A stretch of DNA of 63,667 nucleotides, the filler included, from Atractiella rhizophila (taxonomy: Eukaryota), in assembly GCA_021432655.1 (NCBI GenBank). It is 5 parts of 5 records of this genome, joined end to end, with 100 filler letters (N's around TTAATTAATTAA, not from the genome) between each part and the next. Parts side by side here need not be neighbours in the genome. Positions count along the whole stretch, not along the records: positions 54,962 to 62,564 come from MU271858.1; positions 62,665 to 63,667 come from MU271932.1; 3 more parts are not named here. One strand, 5' to 3'. The notes under the pieces are model-generated. The model was not told the origin of the DNA and did no database searches. It saw nothing but the letters and a program-made list of their open reading frames with translations. This document shows positions 55,890 to 63,667 of the stretch, in pieces (within the stretch, counting starts at the first letter, position 1; every line of letters starts with the position of its first letter). Both the position numbers and the translations under genes were made by a program.

Positions 55890-58800
55890 AAATCACCTGG
55901 TTGAGCGCTTGTGGATGCCATAACAACAAAGAGAGCTCCTTTGCTCTTACAAGGTACCTTCGATATGTCGTGAGAAAAATATTTCGCAGTCGTAAACTTT
56001 CGGTGTCTGTCCCGCTCTGTTCTCCCGTGTATTGCAAACAGCTGAGCTAGAACCAACCTGCACCAGCGACCACCAGCAGGAAGGTTCACGAATGCATATG
56101 TAACTACACTGCAGCAACACCTGCGACGTTATCACAACCAGAAAGATTGGCGCGCTTCAAGGGGACCAGAACAGGCAGCTGATGTCCTTTCTAGCGCGTG
56201 AAACATCCGTCAGTCCTGCTTCTTCCACCAAAGTATGACATTTTGATTCGACGTGCAGGCAGAATCGCACCTGTCTATCTCCTCCACCGCTTCGCTTCCT
56301 CCGAACGCGGTCGCGGTCTTTGAACAGATATCCAGCTCCCAGGCTGAAGCACGGCTCGAAGCGGAAGCGATGAAGATGAGAAGGATTGAGGATGAAAGGA
56401 GGATGCTAGAACTTTCGCCTGTTAAACCTGGGCTGAAACTTAAGGGGGAGAATGGGGTCTTGAAGCATGGAGAGAGCTCGCAGGCGGCGGAAGGTAGCGG
56501 TTGGAGGATCAAGAAATCTGGAGGGAAGGACATTATCACGTTTGACGATGAGGAGGACGATGAAGAGGAAGCTGCACGCGTCAAGAAGCGGAGGAGGGAG
56601 AGTAGGTGGAGCGATTTTGATATGGAAAGTGAAGATGAACTTAGGCTCGGCCCATCCACTGGGTCATGGAAAGGGAAGGGGAAAGCGAAGGCAAACATGC
56701 CAACAGTACAAACGGCGCCGTCAAGGACTCTCAACTTGAAGACGACAAAATACTACAATGGATCACTGTCAAAGGTGGGGTCAACAAGTTCAAGCGCGAT
56801 GGAGGTGATCGATCTCGACACACCACCTCCTCGTACCCCTTCTCCCGACCTTACAACTCAAGCTAACAAATTTCAAAGCTCCTCGTCAAATAGTTCAACA
56901 TTTATGGCTAGACCCATGCACTCTCTCGAGGAGAACGATGGCGCAGACATGGATGTAACTATGGTCGAAGAAGGAGAGACGGATGGTGCAGGCAATGGGA
57001 TGAGTGGAATCAGCGGGACACAGTCTCAAGAGGGAGATTGGGGTTTGAAGGATGCTATGCAGGATCTTTCCCTTTTGGGACCCGGGAACTGGGAAAAACA
57101 AGTGGATTATGACGACGAAGGGCGAAGTGGAGAAGAAAAGAATGGAGGAGGGCGAACTACTTCAGAAGAGGACGAGCTGGGTGAGGATGATGGTTTGGAG
57201 AAGATGGGTCTGAGTCCATCGAAAATTGCAAAGCTGCGGGCGAGGACGGCTTCTCCTGGGTTTAATGGAGACGAAGGAGGAAATATCTCGATTGGGAGTC
57301 AAAGACATGTGATGGGGATCGTCGAGGGAATTAGGAGATCGAGAAAGGAGAGGGAGAGAAATGGAAGGACCAAGAAGGAGGTGGTGGGTCTCTCTCCTTG
57401 CTCCGCTATCTCGTCGAGCAAATAGATATTGACAGGTGAATGGTGGGGATAGAAACGCCACCTCACACCTGAAGAACTTGAACGTCTCGACGATCTAAAT
57501 CACCTGGTTGAGCGCTTGTGGATGCCATAACACCAAAAGAGAGCTCCTTTGCTCTTAGAAGGTACCTTTGATATGCCGTGAGAAAATATTTCGTAGTTGT
57601 AAAACTTTCGTTGTCTGTCCCGCTCTGTTCTCCCGTGTATTGCAAACAACTGAGCTGGAACAAACCACCTTCATGAATGTATATGTAACTAGACTGCAGC
57701 AACACCTGCGACGTTATCACAACCAGAAAGATTGGCGCGCTTCAAGGGGACCAGAACAGGCAGCTGATGTCCTTTCTAGCGCGTGAAACATCCGTCTGTC
57801 CTGCTTCTTCCAGCAAAGTATGACATTTTGATTCGACGTGCAGGCAGAATCGCACCTGTCCATCTCTTCCACGGCTTCACTTCCTCCGAACGCAGTCGCG
57901 GCCTTTGAACAGATATCCAGCTCCCAAGCTGAAGCACGGATCGAAGAGCAAGCGATGAAGATGAGGAGGATTGAGGATGAAAGGAGGATGCTAGAACTTT
58001 CGCCTGTCAAACCTCTGCTGAAACTTAAGGGGGAGAATGGGCTCTTGAAGCAAGGAGAGAGCTCGCAGGCGGCGGAAGGTAGCGGTTGGAGGATCAAGAA
58101 ATCTGGAGGGAAGGACATCATCACGTTTGACGACGAGGAGGACGATGAAGAGGAAGCTGCACGCGTCAAGAAGCGGAGGAAGGAGAGTAGGTGGAGCGAT
58201 TTTGATATGGAAAGTGAAGATGAACTTAGGCTTGGCCCATCCACTGGGTCATGGAAGGGGAAGGGGAAAGCGAAGCCAAACATGCCAACAGTACAAACAG
58301 CGCCGTCAAGGACTCTCAACTTGAAGAAGACAAAGTACTACACTGGATCACTTTCAAAGGTGGGATCAACAAGCTCAAGCGCGAGGGAGGTGATCGATCT
58401 CGACACACCTCCTCCACGTACCCTTTCTCCCGACTCCACGACTCAAGCTAACAAATTTCAAAGTTCATCGTCAAACAGTTCAACGTTTATGGCTAGACCC
58501 GCGCACTCTCTCGAGGAGAAAGACGGCTCAGACATGGATGTAACTATGGTCGAAGAAGGAGAGACGGATGGTGCACACAATGGGATGAGTGGAATCAGCG
58601 GGACACAGTCTCAAGAGGGAGATTGGGGTTTGAAGGATGCTATGCAGGATCTTTCCCTTTTGGGACCCGGGAACTGGGAAAAACAAGAGGATTATGACGA
58701 CGAAGAGCGAAGTGGAGAAGAAGAGAATGGAGGAGGGCGAACTACTTCAGAAGAGGACGAGCTGGGTGAGGACGATGGTTTGGAGAAGATGGGTTTGAGT

Positions 58801-59072
58801 CCATCGAAAATTGCAAAGCTGCGGGCGAGGACGGCTTCTCCTGAGTTTAATGGAGACGAAGGAGGAAATATCTCGATTGGGAGTCAAAGACATGTGATGG
58901 GGATCGTCGAGGGAAATAGGAGATCGAGAAAGGAGAGGGAGAGAAATGGAAGGACCAAGAAGGAGGAGGTGGGTCTCTCTCCTTGCTCCGCTATCTCGTC
59001 GAGCAAATAGATATTGTGTTGGGGATAGAAACGCTTCCTCACACCTGAAGAACTTGAACGTCTCGACGATCT
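55890..59072 (+). repeat. Direct tandem duplication of ~1.6 kb: copy 1 55890-57496, copy 2 57497-59072
   Basis: Both units start AAATCACCTGG and end CTCGACGATCT. Each holds a 390-aa ORF; the two differ by scattered substitutions. Confidence 0.95.
56253..57496 (+). pseudogene. Truncated duplicate of the 5' part of the downstream gene
   Basis: Same disordered, charged exon as 57838-59010, but it runs into the start of copy 2 instead of continuing. Confidence 0.6.
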
Positions 59073-60868
59073 CTTCTCCCGCCCACATGAGCGTTCTCTA
59101 ACCGGGCCAGAGCTGATCCATCCCATTCTAGGGAAAGAGTTCAAGTCCGACCTCCACGACGACATCAACCATGGTCTGGCGGAGGGTACGNNNNNNNNNN
59201 NNNNNNNNNNNNNNNNNNNNNNNNNNNNNNNNNNNNNNNNNNNNNNNNNNNNNNNNNNNNNNNNNNNNNNNNNNNNNNNNNNNNNNNNNNNNNNNNNNNN
59301 NNNNNNNNNNNNNNNNNNNNNNNNNNNNNNNNNNNNNNNNNNNNNNNNNNNNNNNNNNNNNNNNNNNNNNNNNNNNNNNNNNNNNNNNNNNNNNNNNNNN
59401 NNNNNNNNNNNNNNNNNNNNNNNNNNNNNNNNNNNNNNNNNNNNNNNNCAAATCAAATGTTAGACTTACTTGCATAATCCTATCTCTTAGTGCAGAAATA
59501 CGCGTTTCTTCCGGTAATAACCGGAACAGAGCAGCGGCAGTAGCTGTATATGGGGTCTGACTTTCTGTAAGCCAAGCGTGATCAGTTTGCTTCTTCATTC
59601 GAGGTCCCGACTTTGGTACCGTTTTCGGCGTGTCTCACTAATTATTTAGATCAGTTGACGTTCAAATTGGTACTCTCTGAGAAGATAGGAGAGTACTGAT
59701 CTTTTGTGAGTGTAAGGGCATCACTTTCCGTAGCTACGTTATGTTACGAAGGTGGACGAGTAGAAGCTGTAGGCAGAGGGGTGAAAAGTGGAGTCGGCGG
59801 ACCCGTGGCTTTTGACCGACGAGCGGGGAACGAAGACGGAGTGCAGCTTAGAAGCAGACAAGGAGCTACTAAACAACGGTCCAAACCACTTAGCACTCCG
59901 GGAAAAACAGAACAAGCTACTCCACGTCGAACTACATTATTTTCAGACTTAGGTAAGTGGTTACACCACTCCGCCTCTTCCCTGCTACCCTTCCTTACAG
60001 CTTGGTTCTAGTTTATTTATTCACGCGGGCTGGAAGAGCATATGGGACACGGGCCGACCGTAATCTTTGCATGCGCTGTTGAATCTCCTTCCTCAGTCGC
60101 GTGTCCCGGAGAGAAGAGACGAAGCCGCAATCTTTCGTCGAGAGGTCTCATGTGTCGCTACTTACAAGGAAAACCTTACTTGAGTCGGCGAGATTGCGGA
60201 CCCGTAGGTAAAAACCCAAGTAATCGCTCGCAAGTTCGTTTGATGGTCCTTTCCGTGCCCCGTCTCTCAGTTGAGTGGGGTTGGGAAGAACACCCAGAAT
60301 TTGTTCAGGTTAAACTGACAAGATGGGGAAGGCTGTTGGATACGTTAGTTGCTTTCCTAGTAGGTACTCTTTTGGAGGAGGCTTTGGTTTTCTCCCGAAT
60401 GCGCTAAGTGTGTGAGACCTCCTGTGGGCGTAAGAAGTAATGTGAGGGTTTACCGGCGTAAGAGTGAACTTTGAGAGAGTAGATGGGAGGGGTTGGATCA
60501 CATTCGTTTTGAGATGGGGGTAGGTAGGTCGGGGAGGAGGCCCTGTAGGTGCAGCGTGGCGGGAGTCGCGTCGGTAGACGGCAACAGATGTTTTCGTGCG
60601 GAGTAGTTGGCCCCAGATCGCAGAAGGAGAGGAACTGTGTATCTCCTACTCGGGTAACCCAAATACCGCCGTCCAGGATGAATTACCACCTTCGCCCGAG
60701 AAGAAGAAAACGGCGAAAAAAAAGACGAGAGGAAGGAAGAACAAGGGTAAGAAGGGTGAAAGCGAAGAGCAAGACGGCGTCGAAAATCATGAGGGTGGCC
60801 ATGGTTCGAGCAAGATCGCCAGATGTTATTGTGGTGCTCCGAATTGTAAAGGCATAATGTTTCTCTGA
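57838..60868 (+). CDS. Probable Clr4/DIM-5/SUV39-like histone H3K9 methyltransferase; pre-SET/SET core not visible (gap or disruption); start uncertain
   Basis: Last exon IAEGEELCISY...KIARCYCGAPNCKGIMFL-stop is the SET end plus a C-terminal post-SET CxCxxxxC. Linking it to the long disordered N-terminal exon is inference. Confidence 0.6.
59191..59448. other. Assembly gap (N run)
   Basis: Run of N. Confidence 0.99.
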
Positions 60869-60978
60869 GTCCTACTGTAGACCTCCCCTTGATTTCTCTT
60901 TCATGAGTGCTTGTAACTGGGTGAACACATGTTTAGCAAGCCGTAGCTGTATCTTTGTACAACTCACCCCAATTGCAA

Positions 60979-61345
60979 TTACATTCTATCTAGTGGTTCT
61001 AGAGTCAGGAGTTTCATCCCATTGCTCAGTACCGTCCTCAGCGCAAACGTAAAGGAAAAGCCTGGCTTTGGCCGTTTCTGGATCTGCACCCTTGACGATG
61101 AGCGTCTCCCACGCGCTGCTGATGGCTGCCTATCTTGTGTAAGTAGACATCATTTCAGGCTAGAATTTAACGCACCGCGAGTGAGTTTGAAGAGGTAGGT
61201 GGTAAGTGTGCTCGCTTGGGCTTCCTCATATGCGTTGATGACAACTTCTGGGTAGTGTGAGAGGAGGAAGACGATGTTGCGAGCGGCGGGCTCAGTCAAA
61301 AGATCAGTGTTGATGGAAGTGGAGATGTTGTCTTCCGGTAGAACC
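60979..61345 (-). pseudogene. Arginyl-tRNA synthetase C-terminal (DALR anticodon-binding) fragment, frameshifted
   Basis: LLTEPAARNIVFLLSHYPEVVINAYEEAQASTLTTYLFKLTR-intron-AISSAWETLIVKGADPETAKARLFLYVCA, then one extra base, then RTVLSNGMKLLTLEPLDRM-stop. No upstream ArgRS sequence. Confidence 0.85.
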
Positions 61346-61522
61346 CATCATCTCACATCCTCTTATTGCTCCTCCCCCCTCCTGCTCCTAGTTATCTACT
61401 GTTGGAAGTGTTTGAGAGGAATTTATCAAGAAGGGAGAAGCTACACTGTGACTGTTTTGTCTTTGGTTTGCTTTGGAGTTCCACTCTTCTGTCCTCTCCA
61501 GTTGATGTTGGTCCCACCTTTA

Positions 61523-61978
61523 TGTCAGGTTTGCATCTTACGCAAATCGGCGCCTGTTCGCCGGATTGCGTCTCCTATCGCCCATTTGCATTCCCTGCAA
61601 ATCGGCGCCCGTCGCCACTGCGTCTCCCGTCGCCTATTTGCATGCAGTGCAAATCGGCGCCCGTTCGCCTGTTCGCCCATTTGCACCTACATCACCACTT
61701 AGCCCAATTGTGCCTATCCTCCTCTTATTAACTCCGCGTAATCCCACTGTCACTTCCTTTTTAGTTCTCTTACATGTTTCATCCGCTCTCCTCTACGCTC
61801 TGTGGCAGTGTTATTCCACTTGTATATATAGATCAGAGAGTAGTGGAGGTGACCTTAGAGTATTCTCTTAGGTTTATCTCCACTACAGGTTAGTCTTCAT
61901 GTCATATCATGCTCTTAGGTTTATCTCCACTACAGACGCATCGCCTATCAGCAACCGCACATAGTGTCAGCCCTAACA
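61523..61978 (+). mobile_element. Solo LTR, 456 bp
   Basis: TGTCAGG...CCTAACA termini (TG..CA, 6/7 inverted). Perfect 5-bp TSD CTTTA at 61518-61522 and 61979-61983. Internal TATATATA box. Direct repeat CTCTTAGGTTTATCTCCACTACAG twice. Confidence 0.85.
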
Positions 61979-62327
61979 CTTTATCCCTAACCCTAAGAGA
62001 TGCATAAAATTGATTATCAATGCATGAGGACAAGCCTGATAGATTTGATGATCTCAAAGAGGATGTATTTCAGTTAGGTTGGAGTGTCTGCATTTAAACC
62101 ATGGCTGAAGAGTAATTTGTAATTTCCTTTTCTCTCTTGTACATGGAGTTGACTGTGAATCAATCCTTGGCATTTGTTCACTTGGCTCAAAAGTTCTCTT
62201 TGTACCAGTCTGCAAGTATATCAGCACTTTGCCTACAGAATAGCACCAAAGGAGCAAGGTCAATGTTTACCCAAGCACATAACGAGGAATATCAAACATG
62301 AGTCAGAATGGAGTCATAAATTATTCT

Positions 62328-62564
62328 TTACACCGTCATCCATACAGTCCACCCATAGCCAGCCTTGATCTTCACAATGCGATCAAGGCAGTAGGCCCAA
62401 CCATGTTGATCTCCTGTCTTGAGATAGAACTGTTGTGCCTCTTTGAATCGCTCCAGCGCTTCCTTGTTTCTCCCACATCGAAAATCGATGTCCCCCATGG
62501 ATCGGACACACTTTGCTCTTCCTTGTGAACTTTCTGTCACAATGTACAGCTCCTCTGCCTCCTT
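62328..62564 (-). CDS. C-terminal TPR repeats of a gene truncated by linker (possibly NLR-like)
   Basis: GRAKCVRSMGDIDFRCGRNKEALERFKEAQQFYLKTGDQHGWAYCL matches a TPR pattern. Confidence 0.65.
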   Translation of the reverse strand, partial: KEAEELYIVTESSQGRAKCVRSMGDIDFRCGRNKEALERFKEAQQFYLKTGDQHGWAYCLDRIVKIKAGYGWTVWMTV

Positions 62565-62664
62565 NNNNNNNNNNNNNNNNNNNNNNNNNNNNNNNNNNNN
62601 NNNNNNNNTTAATTAATTAANNNNNNNNNNNNNNNNNNNNNNNNNNNNNNNNNNNNNNNNNNNN
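62565..62664. other. Artificial contig linker
   Basis: N-TTAATTAATTAA-N. Confidence 0.97.
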
Positions 62665-62665
62665 C

Positions 62666-63613
62666 TTACTTTGAGCAATATCTGGCTTGTTTACATCCTT
62701 GGCATAACTTCAATTTCTGGTCCCCCGGCAAATCGAATTCTCCCTTTCCGCAACCTTCCCAGTCACATCGATATGTTCCCATCTTTCGCTCTGCCGCGCA
62801 CTCTTCCGCAAGCTGACGCATCCTGTCTCCGCCCAGATCGCCCTGACTAGTGATTTTTGAACTTTTGAGGGAGGATTTGATGGCGATCTGTGGTTCGACG
62901 CGTCCATAGAAAGAGAGCATGGTATGCCAGACGGTCAACACTGCACCACATTCAGTAATTACCACGATGGAGAAGAGGGAAAGGCGCGAACCGATAGCGA
63001 GATTCCTCTGGTAATTGCAGATTTCGTAATACTCAGGACCGCCTTTTTCCTTCGTAATCTCGCTCATTGCTTTCATGAACGACGGGTGATTGAAACGGAT
63101 TGGTTTATCAGGTTTTGGGGCCTGTAAATCGATAACACAGCTTCCAAAGAGCTCCAGAAAACCCTCTCCTGTTCGCTCAAGTAGTTTCTCGATCTGCAAT
63201 TCGAATACGTACACCCTGATTTTTTCGTGATGGTGTGTCGGGAGACCTTCATTGCGAAAACCTCCCATGAGTCCTGTAAGCAGGTGCCTCCGACGATCCT
63301 CATAACCAGCCTCCCTCCACGCCAGAGGGAAAGGTTCTCCATTCGCCTCCTGATGCAAAGCATACTCGGTAATATCCTTGAGAAGGACATAAATCTCCTC
63401 GTACCGTGCTTTGCTCAAGCGAAGCTTAGTTGCAGGCTCTGAAGAGACAATGTCATTGTCAAAGGGATGACCAGCAAACGCGGTCCTGTCAATCGTGTTC
63501 CCATCCAGCTGAGACAGACGTTGCTCTTGCTCAGCATTCCAAGCTTCGAATTCGTCGATGTCAGCTTGAGTTATGGATCTTGGACTGGGTAGCGTCTGCT
63601 TCTTTCGAGGCAT
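62666..63613 (-). CDS. MYND-type zinc-finger protein, 3' truncated by linker
   Basis: CDWEGCGK...LKLCQGCKQARYCSK is the start of a MYND finger. 315-aa ORF, probably including one in-frame intron. Confidence 0.8.
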   Translation of the reverse strand: MPRKKQTLPSPRSITQADIDEFEAWNAEQEQRLSQLDGNTIDRTAFAGHPFDNDIVSSEPATKLRLSKARYEEIYVLLKDITEYALHQEANGEPFPLAWREAGYEDRRRHLLTGLMGGFRNEGLPTHHHEKIRVYVFELQIEKLLERTGEGFLELFGSCVIDLQAPKPDKPIRFNHPSFMKAMSEITKEKGGPEYYEICNYQRNLAIGSRLSLFSIVVITECGAVLTVWHTMLSFYGRVEPQIAIKSSLKSSKITSQGDLGGDRMRQLAEECAAERKMGTYRCDWEGCGKGEFDLPGDQKLKLCQGCKQARYCSK

Positions 63614-63667
63614 GATGAAGACCGACTAGCGCTGGCTGCTGTCACTTGTCACTTGGAAGGCGTTTGG

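Noticed and set aside
59705..60502. Solo LTR call from TGTGA...TCACA
   Set aside because: Flanks TCTTT and TTCGT do not match as a TSD; kept only as part of the unexplained insert.
61985..61996. Telomerase RNA template
   Set aside because: Only a 12-nt match, with no supporting pseudoknot or CR4/5 evidence visible.

Overview
Intron-dense eukaryotic DNA, almost certainly a basidiomycete fungus (inferred from ~45-60 nt GT-AG introns and the protein families). It is a draft assembly with two N gaps and four 100-bp N-TTAATTAATTAA-N contig linkers, so adjacency across those points is uncertain. Recognisable genes: Msc2-like CDF zinc transporter, Mx/Vps1-like dynamin GTPase, intronless F-box/LRR-like gene, cytochrome P450, secreted GH5, the N-terminal half only of 5-oxoprolinase, a Mug135-like protein, a conserved P-loop ATPase, Syn8-like SNARE, a degenerate acyl-CoA synthetase, GPR89/GPHR-like membrane protein, MFS transporter, PhyH-like dioxygenase, KRR1, a disrupted Clr4/SUV39-like locus, an arginyl-tRNA synthetase 3' pseudogene fragment, a TPR fragment and a MYND-finger protein. 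Mobile DNA: a hAT element with intact TIRs and an 8-bp TSD just upstream of the zinc transporter, a solo LTR with a 5-bp TSD and a MITE-like element. Most notable: (1) the rearranged region at 55.9-62 kb, where a probable H3K9 methyltransferase gene has a duplicated 5' part and no visible SET core and sits beside an ArgRS fragment and an LTR; (2) an apparently split oxoprolinase; (3) five housekeeping genes that each carry one 0.5-1.2 kb early intron, one with transposon-like ends. All protein calls are by-eye motif recognition; no database searches were run, and gene boundaries are manual models.
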